DNA of 64,000 bases from positions 416,001 to 480,000 of the forward strand of contig CAWDVE010000019.1 of the NCBI GenBank assembly GCA_963805625.1, written 5' to 3'. The notes under the pieces are model-generated. The model was not told where the DNA came from, searched no databases, and saw only the letters and a list, made by a program, of their open reading frames with translations. The stretch comes from an uncultured Candidatus Rokubacteria bacterium (GTDB taxonomy: Bacteria; Methylomirabilota; Methylomirabilia; Rokubacteriales; DASRDR01). Shown in pieces: positions 29,604 to 39,482 of this stretch; position 1 is the first letter of the stretch; each line of letters starts with the position of its first letter. Position numbers and translations under genes: made by a program.

Positions 29604-30577
29604 CCGACCTGCTGGAGGTCCGGGACCTCTCGGTCTCCTTCGTGACGCCGCGGGGACCGGTGCCGGTGCTCGACGGCGTCTCGCTGAGCGTGCGCGAGGG
29701 CGAGGTCGTCGGGCTCGTGGGGGAGAGCGGGTCCGGCAAGTCGGTCACCGCGCTCTCGATCCTCGGGCTCCTCGGCGAGCAGGGGCGGGTCGACGCGGGT
29801 CAGATCCGCCTCGACGGCCGCGATCTCCTGCCGCTGCCCGAGCGCGAGTGGCTCCGGGTGCGCGGGCGACAGATCGCGATGGTGTTCCAGGAGCCGATGA
29901 CCAGCCTGAATCCGCTGTTCCCGGTCGGCTTCCAGGTGGCGGAGGTGCTCGAGGAGCACCTCGGGCTCGGACGGCGTGAAGCGCTCGCGCGCGCCGTCGA
30001 GCTGTTCCGCGACGTCGGCATTCCCGGCCCGGAGCGCCGCGTGCGCGACTACCCGCACCAGCTCTCGGGCGGGATGCGTCAGCGCGTCATGATCGCGATG
30101 GCGATGGCGTGCCGCCCGCGGCTCCTGGTCGGCGACGAGCCCACGACCGCGCTCGACGTCACCATCCAGGCGCAGATCCTCGCGCTCCTGCGGGACCTCG
30201 GCCGGGCCGCGGGCACCGCGGTGCTGCTGATTAGCCACGATCTCGGGGTAGTGGCGGCGATGGCGAGCCGCGTGGTCGTCATGTACGCAGGGCAGGTCGT
30301 CGAGGAGGCGCCTGCCCGTGAGCTTTTCCACGAGCCGCGCCACCCGTACACGCGGCTCCTCCTGGCGGTGGTCCCCGGGGTCCGAGAGAAGCGGGCGCGG
30401 CTGTCGGCGATCGCGGGGAGCACCCCGGTCCCGTCGGCGCTTCCCGTCGGGTGCCGCTTCCATCCCCGGTGTCCCGACGCGATCCCGCTCTGCCGCGAGG
30501 CGGCGCCGACGCTCGACCCGCAGGGGCTGGCGCGCCGGGTCCGCTGCTGGCGCGCCGGGGAGGGGGTCAGACTTTGA
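29600..30577 (+). CDS. oppD: Peptide ABC ATPase
   Basis: GESGSGKS, FQEPMTSLNP, LSGGMRQR, GCRFHPRC; GTGA overlap. Confidence 0.94.
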   Translation: MTDLLEVRDLSVSFVTPRGPVPVLDGVSLSVREGEVVGLVGESGSGKSVTALSILGLLGEQGRVDAGQIRLDGRDLLPLPEREWLRVRGRQIAMVFQEPMTSLNPLFPVGFQVAEVLEEHLGLGRREALARAVELFRDVGIPGPERRVRDYPHQLSGGMRQRVMIAMAMACRPRLLVGDEPTTALDVTIQAQILALLRDLGRAAGTAVLLISHDLGVVAAMASRVVVMYAGQVVEEAPARELFHEPRHPYTRLLLAVVPGVREKRARLSAIAGSTPVPSALPVGCRFHPRCPDAIPLCREAAPTLDPQGLARRVRCWRAGEGVRL

Positions 30578-30665
30578 CTTCTAAACAATTTGACGCCTAG
30601 ACCGTTGACTTCCAGACCGCAGGGCCTGCTGGGATGGAATTGTTAAGAAGTCAAAGTCTGACCCC
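30563..30665. mobile_element. 103-bp MITE/REP-like element with 28-bp terminal inverted repeats
   Basis: GGGGTCAGACTTTGACTTCTAAACAATT ... AATTGTTAAGAAGTCAAAGTCTGACCCC (27/28 match); AT-rich in a GC-rich genome. Confidence 0.75.
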
Positions 30666-31620
30666 GCTTCTCGCGGTCGAGGGCCTGGTGCGGGAGTTCC
30701 GGGTCGGCGCGGACGTCCTCCGGGCGGTAGACGACGTCACATTTCACGTCGATCCGGGAGAGACGCTCGGGCTCGTGGGCGAGAGCGGCTGCGGCAAGAC
30801 GACGGTCGGACGTCTGGTCCTGCGCCTCCTGCCGGCGACGGCCGGGCGCATCGTGTTTGACGGGCGGGACGTCACCGACGTCCCCGAGCGGCAGCTCCGG
30901 GAGTTCCGCCGGGCGGTCCAGGTGGTCTTCCAGGACCCGTACTCGTCGCTCAACCCGCGTCTCACCGTCCGCGACATCGTCGGGGAGCCGCTCCGGAACT
31001 TCGGCGCCACGCGCAGCGCGGCCGCCGCGCGGGTGGGCGAGCTGCTCGACACGGTCGGTCTGCCCCCGGGCTACATGACGCGCTACCCCCACGCCTTCAG
31101 CGGTGGCCAGCGGCAGAGGATCGGGATCGCGCGGGCCCTCGCCCTCGGCCCTCGCCTCCTCGTGTGCGACGAGGCCGTATCCTCGCTCGACGTCTCGGTC
31201 CAGGCGCAGGTCTTGAACCTGCTCGCCGACCTCCAGCGCCAGCTCGGGCTCGCGCTCCTGTTCATCTCGCACAACCTCGCGGTCGTGCGTCACGTCAGCC
31301 ACCGCGTGGCGGTGATGTATCTTGGCCGGCTGGTCGAGATTGCACCGGAGGCAGCTCTCTTCGACCACCCGCGTCATCCGTACACGCGAGCGCTGCTTGC
31401 GGCGGTGCCCGAGGCGGGCCCCGACGCCGTGCCACCGGCCGTCCTGCCGGGCGAGATCCCGAGCCCGCTCGACCCGCCGGCAGGCTGCCGGTTCCAGACA
31501 CGCTGCCCCCGGGCCGAGGCGCGCTGCCGCACCGCCGAGCCGCCACTCACGGAAGAGCAGCCCGGCCGCTGGGTGCGCTGCCACTTCCCGGAGCCGGAGC
31601 CCTTGAGGCGAACGGCCTGA
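30634..31620 (+). CDS. oppF: Peptide ABC ATPase
   Basis: GESGCGKT, FQDPYSSLNP, FSGGQRQR, GCRFQTRC. Confidence 0.93.
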   Translation: MELLRSQSLTPLLAVEGLVREFRVGADVLRAVDDVTFHVDPGETLGLVGESGCGKTTVGRLVLRLLPATAGRIVFDGRDVTDVPERQLREFRRAVQVVFQDPYSSLNPRLTVRDIVGEPLRNFGATRSAAAARVGELLDTVGLPPGYMTRYPHAFSGGQRQRIGIARALALGPRLLVCDEAVSSLDVSVQAQVLNLLADLQRQLGLALLFISHNLAVVRHVSHRVAVMYLGRLVEIAPEAALFDHPRHPYTRALLAAVPEAGPDAVPPAVLPGEIPSPLDPPAGCRFQTRCPRAEARCRTAEPPLTEEQPGRWVRCHFPEPEPLRRTA

Positions 31621-31628
31621 GGCCTGCC

Positions 31629-32717
31629 ATGCTGGTCGAGCGCACGCACTACTACGCCAAGCCCGGTCGCGCCGCGGAGGTTCTCACCGCACGGCGGCGG
31701 GCGTCGGAGGTGCGGGTCATGCTCGGCCTCCGGCGCGGCCGTATTCTCGCGAAGGTCGATCCCGGCGGTGACGGCCCCGACGTGACTTGGGAGTGCGCCT
31801 TCCCGGATGCGGCGGCGCATGCGAGGGACCTCGAGGCTCGTGGGCAGAGTCCCGAGTTCGGCGCCGTCCGGGCCCGGATGACGGTCCTGATCGACCGGTT
31901 CGAGCGCCTCGTCCTGGTCCCCGACGCCGACGCCTCCGCCGACGTCGAGCCAGATGCGGCCCGCCCGGTGGTGCCGGCCGAGGTCAGCCTGCCGAGCGAC
32001 GAGCGGATGCTGGCCGCGTACCTCTACGTTCCACCGGGTGTCGGCCCATTCCCGGGCCTGGTCCTGAATCACGGGAGCACCATTCACCCCGGCTCGAGCG
32101 ACTTCTGCCGGCCGGGCACGGCGGCAGTCCTCACGGCGTGGGGCTATGCCGTGCTCCTCCCACACCGCCGCGGGTACGGCAACTCCGAAGGACCCACCTG
32201 GCGCCAGGAGGTGACGGCGGAGTTTGGGACCGCCGACTACGACGAGGGGCTGGCGGCGCGCCTCACGCGGGAGGCCGAGGACGTTGTGGCCGCGGCTGAC
32301 TGGCTCGGGCGTCGCCCCGAGGTAGCCGCCGACCGGATCGGGGTGATCGGGAGCTCGTTCGGCGGCGTGATGGCGCTCCTCGCCGCCGCCCGCTGCCCAC
32401 GGCTCCGCTGCGCGGTGGACTTCGCCGGCGCAGCGATGAACTGGGAGCGGACGCCCACCCTCCGCGCGACCATGCTGGAGGCCGCGCGGCAGCTCGCCGT
32501 GCCGATCTGCCTCGTCCAGGCGGAGAACGACTACAGCACCGCGCCGACGCGGGAGCTCGCCGCCGAGCTCCCGCGGCACGACAAGGTTCACGCGGCGCGT
32601 GTGTTCCCGGCCTTCGGCCTCACTGCGGACGAGGGGCATCTCTTCTTCCAGAACGGCGCGCCGATCTGGGGGCCCTGGGTGCGCGCGTTCCTGGATCGCT
32701 GGCTCAAGGGGAGGTGA
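31629..32717 (+). CDS. Fusion of a NIPSNAP/dimeric alpha-beta barrel-like domain and a dienelactone-hydrolase-like serine hydrolase
   Basis: N-terminal YYAKPGRAAEVL...WEC.FPD; C-terminal NHGS, RRGYG, GSSFGG, END, EGH. Confidence 0.75.
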   Translation: MLVERTHYYAKPGRAAEVLTARRRASEVRVMLGLRRGRILAKVDPGGDGPDVTWECAFPDAAAHARDLEARGQSPEFGAVRARMTVLIDRFERLVLVPDADASADVEPDAARPVVPAEVSLPSDERMLAAYLYVPPGVGPFPGLVLNHGSTIHPGSSDFCRPGTAAVLTAWGYAVLLPHRRGYGNSEGPTWRQEVTAEFGTADYDEGLAARLTREAEDVVAAADWLGRRPEVAADRIGVIGSSFGGVMALLAAARCPRLRCAVDFAGAAMNWERTPTLRATMLEAARQLAVPICLVQAENDYSTAPTRELAAELPRHDKVHAARVFPAFGLTADEGHLFFQNGAPIWGPWVRAFLDRWLKGR

Positions 32718-33481
32718 CGACGATGCGGGGCGCGTTCCTGGAGGATCTCACCTGGCCGGAGGCCGGCGCGCGCATCGCCGCCGGAGCCGTGGTGGTGGTG
32801 CCCGTGGGCGCGGCGGCGAAGGAACACGGGCCGCACCTCCCGCTCCGGACCGACTACCTGGTTGCCCGGGAGCTCGGGCGGCGTGTGGCCGAGGCGCTGC
32901 CGGTGCTCGTCGCGCCCGTCGTCTCCTTCGGATACTATCCCGCCTTCGTTCGCTACCCGGGAAGCCAGCATCTCCGCGCCGAGACCTTCATGGCGCTCCT
33001 GACCGACATTCTGACGGGCTTCGTCGGCCAGGGGGCGCGCCGGCTGGCCGTCGTCAACACGGGCGTCTCGACGGAGGCGCCGCTCCGGGTCGTCGTGCGG
33101 GACTTCTATGCGACGCACGGGGTGCGGGTCGCGGTCGCCGACCTGGCCACGCTCGGACGCGCGATCAAGCCCCGCCTCGGGCAGAAGCTGGGCGGCCACG
33201 CGGACGAGCTCGAGACTTCCCTCGTTCTCGCCATCGAGCCCGGCGCCGTGCGGATGGAGCGGGCGGAGCCCGACTACGGCCACCTGGCCGATGCCCCGGC
33301 GAACGTCTTTTACCAGCCCGTCGTCTTCGACGCGGACCCGGGGTCCGGCCCCGACTGGAGCCGCACCGGGGCGCGCGGCGATCCCTCGCTCGCGACCCGC
33401 GACACCGGCGAGATGGCTCTCCAGGAGATCACCCGCGAGCTCGTCGACGGCCTGGTCGCCCTCCATCCGGACCTCCGCTGA
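32714..33481 (+). CDS. Creatininase family amidohydrolase
   Basis: LTWPE, KEHGPHLPL.TD, GHADELETS. Confidence 0.9.
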   Translation: MTTMRGAFLEDLTWPEAGARIAAGAVVVVPVGAAAKEHGPHLPLRTDYLVARELGRRVAEALPVLVAPVVSFGYYPAFVRYPGSQHLRAETFMALLTDILTGFVGQGARRLAVVNTGVSTEAPLRVVVRDFYATHGVRVAVADLATLGRAIKPRLGQKLGGHADELETSLVLAIEPGAVRMERAEPDYGHLADAPANVFYQPVVFDADPGSGPDWSRTGARGDPSLATRDTGEMALQEITRELVDGLVALHPDLR

Positions 33482-33560
33482 CCGCGCATCTTGACGGCTC
33501 ACGCGCCACGGTGGTCTATTCCTCCTGCGCGCAGAAACGGTCAGGCGCAAGGGAGCGTCG

Positions 33561-34346
33561 ATGGATCTCGGACTACAGGGGAAGGTCGCGATCATCACCG
33601 GCGGCAGCGACGGCCTCGGGCTCGCCTCCGCACGGCGGCTCGCCGCCGAGAGGGCGGCCGTCGCGATCTGCGGGCGCGACGCGACGCGCCTCGCGGAGGC
33701 GGCCGGGACGCTGCGGGCGGAGGGTGCGGCGGTCCTGGACGTGGTGGCTGACGTCACGCGTGCCGGCGACCTCGAGCGACTCGTATCCGAGACGCTCGGG
33801 CGGTTCGGACGGATCGACATCCTGGTCAACAACGCGGGCACCTCGGCGGCCCGCGGGTTCGACACGGTCGACGACGCGGCCTGGCAGGCCGACCTCGAGC
33901 TGAAGCTCTTCGCGGCGATCCGCTGCGTGCGCCTCTGCGTGCCGCCCATGCGGAAGGCCGGAGGCGGCCGGATCGTCAACATCCTGAACACCGGCGCCAA
34001 GACCCCGGGCGCGCGCTCCCTGCCGACCTCGGTGAGCCGCGCCGCCGGCCTCGCCCTCACCAAGGCGCTCTCGAAGGAGCTGGCGCCGGACCGCATCCTC
34101 GTCAACGCGATCTGCCTCGGGCTCGTGAAGAGCGGCCAGTGGGAGCGACGCTGGGCGGGTGAGGGGCGGCCCGGGACCCTCGACGGCTTCTACGAGCGGA
34201 TGGCCCGGGAGCGCGACGTGCCTCTCGGCCGCATCGGCGAGGCCGATGAGCTCGGCGCCCTGGTCGCTTTCCTGGTCTCCGCGCCGGCCGCCTTCATCAC
34301 CGGCGTCGCCATCAACTTCGATGGCGGGCACGCAGCGGTGGTGTAG
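33561..34346 (+). CDS. SDR family oxidoreductase (atypical active site)
   Basis: MDLGLQGKVAIITGGSDGLG, NNAG, PLGRIG; TSVSR in place of YxxxK. Confidence 0.9.
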   Translation: MDLGLQGKVAIITGGSDGLGLASARRLAAERAAVAICGRDATRLAEAAGTLRAEGAAVLDVVADVTRAGDLERLVSETLGRFGRIDILVNNAGTSAARGFDTVDDAAWQADLELKLFAAIRCVRLCVPPMRKAGGGRIVNILNTGAKTPGARSLPTSVSRAAGLALTKALSKELAPDRILVNAICLGLVKSGQWERRWAGEGRPGTLDGFYERMARERDVPLGRIGEADELGALVAFLVSAPAAFITGVAINFDGGHAAVV

Positions 34347-34393
34347 CCCGGATCATCTACCGACCGGGACACAACTCGGGTCGGTGCCTGACC

Positions 34394-35614
34394 ATGTTCC
34401 AACTCGAAGAGATACTGACCGGTCTGCGTTACCTCGGCCAGATCCCCGGGTTTCTCCGTCATCCGCTGACGATGGACGAGGCCCACGCGATCCTCCAGCG
34501 ACGTTCTGGAGCGTCGAGCCAGCGACTTCCTGCGCTTGATCCGAGGGGCCTTGTCGGGCTCCATGGCCCTGGAGTACAGCCTGCTCGCGTCGGTTCCCGT
34601 GGACTGGTTCTCGCACATGAGCTCCAGCGCGCCGGGGCTACATCCCCGGTACCGCTGGAGCGCGCGCGTGATGCCCTGGGGAGGGCGCCTCGGTCGGCTG
34701 CGGCGGCCCCGCCCTATCCTAGCCTCCGTGAACGATCCGGGGCCGATCATGCGCTGGATCGCGCGCGTCCGCGACGAGGGGGACAGCCCGAGTCTCGATG
34801 GGTTCGTGAGCTCGGGTGTTCGCCTCTGCCAGCTAGCGACCTCCGAGGGTCTCGACTGGCGAGGCGTACGGTTCTGGGTGCATGGAGAACCCCTGACGAC
34901 GCCCGGCTCGACGCGATCCACCAAACCGGTGCGGAGTGCCGGGCACGTTATGGTACCGTCGAGGCCGGGCGTCCCGGCTACGCGTGTTTCGCGCCGGTCG
35001 CGCCGGACGAGGTGCACGTGACGCATGATCTCAGCGCGGTGATTCAGGTGGGGCCGGACGGAGGTATGTCGAGTCTCGTCTCCGGAGCGTTGTTGGTCTC
35101 CTCTCTGCGACCCACGGCGCCATTCCTGTTGCTGAACGTCTCGCTCGGAGATCGGGCAGTGCTCGACTCGAGGTCGTGCGGCTGCCCGCTGGAGGGCCTT
35201 GGCTGGACGATCCACCTCCACAAGATCCGGAGTTTCGAGAAGCTGACAGCCGGCGGCATGAATTTTCTCGATGCTGACGTGATCAGGGTTCTCGAAGAGG
35301 TGCTACCCGCGCGATTCGGCGGGGGGCCGACCAACTACCAGCTCGTGGAAGACGAGGGCAACGATGCACGACCCCGGCTGCGCCTCCTGGTGCGTCCGGA
35401 GATTGGACCAGTCGAAGCCGCTGCCGTGGCCGATGCCTTCCTGGCGGCCGTCGCTGCCGGTTCCGGAGTCGAGCGGGTGATGGGCATTTTGTGGCGGGAT
35501 GCCCGAATGGTGCGTGTCGAGCGACGGCCCCCTCTCACTACCGCGACGGGCAAGATTCTTCACTTGCACGGCGGAGGTCAGAGGTCGTCTGGGGTCGAGT
35601 CAGGAATGCGATGA
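34394..35614 (+). pseudogene. Degenerate paralog of the PaaK-like gene at 9071-10663
   Basis: N- and C-termini align with the paralog; the middle aligns only in another frame (ORF 34536); P-loop region deleted. Confidence 0.8.
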
Positions 35615-38316
35615 CGAAGTACGTCTATTTCTTCGGCGCCGGTCGGGCGGAAGGCTCGTCCGTGATGCGGAACCTCCTCGGCGGCAAGGGCTGCGAGCTG
35701 GCCGAGATGACCAACCTCGGTATTCCGGTGCCCCCCGGCTTCACCATCACCACCCAGGCCTGGGTCCACCGGCAGCGCGCCGGCGGCCAGTGGCCGGAGG
35801 GGCTCTGGGAGCAGATCCTCGAGCACCTCGAGCGGCTCGAGGAGGTGGCCGACGCGCGATTCGGCGACCATGAGCGCCCGCTTCTCGTGTCGGTGCGCTC
35901 GGGCGCGCGCGTGTCGATGCCCGGGATGATGGAGACGATCCTGAACCTCGGCCTCAACGACGCCGCGGTGGAGGGACTCGCGGCGCGCACGGGCAACGAG
36001 CGCTTCGCGTGGGACTGCTATCGCCGGTTCATCACGATGTTCTCGAGCGTCGTGCTGGGAGTGAAGCGGGAGGTCTTCGCCGAGCACCTGGACGCCGTGA
36101 AGACCCGCCTCGCCGTCGCGGCGGATGCCGACGTTCCGGCCGGGGAGCTGCGCAAGCTCGTCCAGATCTACCAGGAGGAGATCGCCGCCCGGACCGGCCA
36201 CCCGTTCCCGCAGGACGTGCGCGAGCAGCTGCGCCTGGCCGTCGATTCGGTCTTCGAGTCCTGGTTCGCCAAGAAGGCGACCGAGTACCGTCGCATTCAC
36301 GGCGTTCCCGAGGAGTGGGGGACCGCGGTGACGGTCATGGCCATGGTGTTCGGCAACCTCGGCGAGACCTCCGGCACCGGCGTGGGCTTCACGCGAGACC
36401 CGCGCACGGGCGAGGCGCGCTTCTACGCCGAGTTCCTGCCGAACGCCCAGGGCGAGGACGTGGTGGCGGGTATCCGGACGCCGCTGCCGATCGAGGCCCT
36501 CCACGAGCGGATGCCGTCGGTGTACGCCGAGCTCTTGGAGATCGCCACACGGCTCGAGCGGCACTACAAGGACATGCAGGACATCGAGTTCACGATCCAG
36601 GAGGGGACGCTCTACCTCCTCCAGACGCGTGGCGGCAAGCGATCGGCGCGGGCAGCGGTCAAGGTGGCGGTGGATCTCGAGAAGGAGCACGTCATCGACC
36701 AACACACGGCAATCCTGCGTGTGAAGCCACTCGAGGTGAACGAGGCGATCCGCCCGGTCTTCGACGACCGTGAGAAGGCGGCAGCCATGGCCGCGGGGCG
36801 GCTTCTCGGGCGCGGGCTGGCGGCCGCGCCGGGTGCCGCGGTCGGCCGCGTCGTGTTCGATGCGGACCGAGCGGTCGAGTGGGCCAAGGACGGCCAGCAG
36901 GTGATCCTGGTTCGCCCGGAGACCTCGCCCGAGGACGTCGCCGGCATGTACGCGGCGCAAGGCATCGTCACCTCCCGCGGCGGGCGCACCTCGCACGCAG
37001 CCGTGGTGGCGGTGGGCATGGGCAAGGCGTGCGTCGTCGGGGCCGCCGACCTCTCGATCGACGAAGGGCGGCGCCAGTTCGAGGTGGGAGGCCGCATGGT
37101 CCGCGAGGGTGACGTCGTCTCGGTGGACGGCGGGGCTGGTGAGGTCATTCTGGGCGCCGTCACGACGGTTGCCGGCGAGCTGGGCGAGGAGATGAAGACG
37201 CTCCTCGCGTGGGCGGACTTCTACCGGAGGGGCGGTCTCGGTGTGCGCGCCAACGCCGACACGCCGGCCGACGCGGAACGGGCCCGCACGTTCGGGGCCG
37301 AGGGCATCGGCCTGGTCCGCACCGAGCACATGTTCTTCGCGGTCGACCGGCTGCCCATCGTCCGCGAGATGATCATGGCGTCCGACCAGGCCACCCGCCG
37401 CTTCGCGCTCGAACGGCTCCGGCCCGTCCAGCGCCAGGATTTCATCGGGATGTTCCGGGCCATGGACGGCCTGCCGGTGACCATCCGCCTGCTCGACCCG
37501 CCTCTCCACGAGTTCCTGCCGAACTGGAAGGAATACAAGGAGATGGTGGCCGAGAAGAGCCGCCTGGAGACGCTGGGGATCGAGCCCGAGGAGCGGGGAC
37601 GGCTGGAGGCGCTAATGGCGGCTGTCGAGAGGCTCCGCGAGTCGAACCCGATGCTCGGGCACCGGGGCTGCCGGCTGGGAATCACGCACCCGGAGATCTA
37701 CGGCATGCAGGTGCGGGCCATCATGGAAGCGGCCTGCACGGCCGCCGAGCAGGGTGTGCGGGTGGAGCCCGAGATCATGATCCCGCTTACCGGCACCGTC
37801 GGCGAGATGAAGGAGTTGTTCGAGCAGACCCGCCGCGTGGCCGATGGGGTGATCGCCGAGATGGGGGTGTCCGTCCCATACCTCGTCGGGACGATGATCG
37901 AGGTTCCCCGCGCGGCGCTCATTGCCCAGAAGCTCGCGGACCACGCTGAGTTCTTCTCGTTCGGGACCAACGATCTGACCCAGCTCGCCTTCGGCTACAG
38001 CCGGGATGACGTCGCGAAGTTCCTGCCGCGGTACCTGGACATGGGGCTCTTGCTCGCAGATCCCTTCTCGGTCCTGGACCAGGAGGGCGTGGGGGAGCTC
38101 ATCGCTCTCGGGATCGACCGCGGTCGCCGCCGCCGGCCGGATCTCAAGGTGGGCATCTGCGGCGAGCACGGCGGCGACGCTTCGTCGGTGGAGTTCTGCT
38201 ACAAGGTCGGGATGAACTACGTGTCGTGCTCGCCGTACCTCATCCTCGGCGCCCGGCTGGCCGCGGCCCAGGCCCGGATCAGAGACCGGCTGGCGGGCGG
38301 GACCGACCATCTTTAG
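35611..38316 (+). CDS. ppdK: Pyruvate, phosphate dikinase
   Basis: LGGKG, PVPPGFTI, SVRSGA, TSHAAVVA (phospho-His), RTEHMF, GTNDL, CGEHGG. Confidence 0.98.
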   Translation: MTKYVYFFGAGRAEGSSVMRNLLGGKGCELAEMTNLGIPVPPGFTITTQAWVHRQRAGGQWPEGLWEQILEHLERLEEVADARFGDHERPLLVSVRSGARVSMPGMMETILNLGLNDAAVEGLAARTGNERFAWDCYRRFITMFSSVVLGVKREVFAEHLDAVKTRLAVAADADVPAGELRKLVQIYQEEIAARTGHPFPQDVREQLRLAVDSVFESWFAKKATEYRRIHGVPEEWGTAVTVMAMVFGNLGETSGTGVGFTRDPRTGEARFYAEFLPNAQGEDVVAGIRTPLPIEALHERMPSVYAELLEIATRLERHYKDMQDIEFTIQEGTLYLLQTRGGKRSARAAVKVAVDLEKEHVIDQHTAILRVKPLEVNEAIRPVFDDREKAAAMAAGRLLGRGLAAAPGAAVGRVVFDADRAVEWAKDGQQVILVRPETSPEDVAGMYAAQGIVTSRGGRTSHAAVVAVGMGKACVVGAADLSIDEGRRQFEVGGRMVREGDVVSVDGGAGEVILGAVTTVAGELGEEMKTLLAWADFYRRGGLGVRANADTPADAERARTFGAEGIGLVRTEHMFFAVDRLPIVREMIMASDQATRRFALERLRPVQRQDFIGMFRAMDGLPVTIRLLDPPLHEFLPNWKEYKEMVAEKSRLETLGIEPEERGRLEALMAAVERLRESNPMLGHRGCRLGITHPEIYGMQVRAIMEAACTAAEQGVRVEPEIMIPLTGTVGEMKELFEQTRRVADGVIAEMGVSVPYLVGTMIEVPRAALIAQKLADHAEFFSFGTNDLTQLAFGYSRDDVAKFLPRYLDMGLLLADPFSVLDQEGVGELIALGIDRGRRRRPDLKVGICGEHGGDASSVEFCYKVGMNYVSCSPYLILGARLAAAQARIRDRLAGGTDHL

Positions 38317-38369
38317 GCCGCCCGGGCTCGTCCCGTCGAGGGCCGGCGTCTCCTCGCTCTCGTGACCGG

Positions 38370-39410
38370 ATGACCGTCCGCTTCGGGCTGAGCGTTCCGA
38401 ACCGGGGCGTCGTCATCGGGGCCGGGAGCCCGAAGGACCTGGTCGCGATGTGCGAGGCGGCCGACGCCTCGGAGCTCTTCGACGCCGTCTTCACCGGCGA
38501 CAACCTGATCTCGAAGCCCCGGATCGACGCGATCGTGTTCCTCTCGCTCGTCGCGGGGCGGACCCGCCGCGTGACCCTCGGCACCGCCTGCATGGCGAGC
38601 TTCGTCTTCCGCCACCCGATCGTGCTCGCCAACCAGTGGGCTGCCCTCGACCTCCTGAGCGACGGCCGGACCCTCCTCGTCGCCTGCATCGGGGGCGGGC
38701 CGGACACTCGCCGCGGGCCGCCTTCGCCGAGCGGGGCGAAGTGGGAGACCGAGTTCGCCGCCATGGGAACGCCCGTCGCCGAGCGCGTCGGCCGGATGGT
38801 CGAGGGGATGGCAATCCTGCGCGCGCTGTGGACCGGCGAGGCCGTCACCCACTACGGCCGCTTCTACCGGTTCGACGACGTGCGGCTCCACGTCACACCG
38901 GTCCAGGAGCCCTGTCCCATCGCGATCGCGTCGAACCCCCGGCCGCCGCACGCGGATGAGGCGACGATCGACCGTGCGCTCCGGCGCGTGGGGGAGATCG
39001 GCGACGGGTGGCAGGTCGAGATGAGCACGCCCGAGGAGTTCGGCGGGCGCTGGACGCGGATCCGTGAGCACGCGCGGGCGGTTGGGCGGAGCCCGCTCCC
39101 CGACACCTCGATGATCCATTTCTACGTGAACGTCCAGGACCGGAGCCAGGCCGCCTTCGCCGAGGCGCGCCGCTTCTACGAGGCTTATCACCTTGGAACG
39201 TTCCCCGAGGACTATCTCCGGTGGCGCCTCGTCACCGGCACGCCGGCGGAGGTGACCGAGCGCCTCGCCGGCTTCCTCGACGCCGGCTGCACGCTGCCGA
39301 TCCTCCGGTTCGCGAGCTGGGACCCGATGGACCAGATGCGGCGGGCGATGGCTACCGTGCTGCCGGCCCTGCGCGACCACGCCGCCCGCTTGCGAGTGCC
39401 GATGTCTTGA
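38370..39410 (+). CDS. LLM-class flavin-dependent oxidoreductase
   Basis: FGLSVPNRG, GDNLISKPR, WAALDLLSDGR, PVQ. Confidence 0.88.
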   Translation: MTVRFGLSVPNRGVVIGAGSPKDLVAMCEAADASELFDAVFTGDNLISKPRIDAIVFLSLVAGRTRRVTLGTACMASFVFRHPIVLANQWAALDLLSDGRTLLVACIGGGPDTRRGPPSPSGAKWETEFAAMGTPVAERVGRMVEGMAILRALWTGEAVTHYGRFYRFDDVRLHVTPVQEPCPIAIASNPRPPHADEATIDRALRRVGEIGDGWQVEMSTPEEFGGRWTRIREHARAVGRSPLPDTSMIHFYVNVQDRSQAAFAEARRFYEAYHLGTFPEDYLRWRLVTGTPAEVTERLAGFLDAGCTLPILRFASWDPMDQMRRAMATVLPALRDHAARLRVPMS

Positions 39411-39482
39411 CTTGGCGAGAGTGGTTCTGGCCCGCCGTTCCGTCATCTGGCGCATACTGCGCCTCGGTAGAAGGAGGCCGCT

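Noticed and set aside
32714-33481. Creatininase as mycofactocin MftE or part of a RiPP cluster
   Set aside because: No precursor peptide, radical SAM or PqqD-like gene nearby
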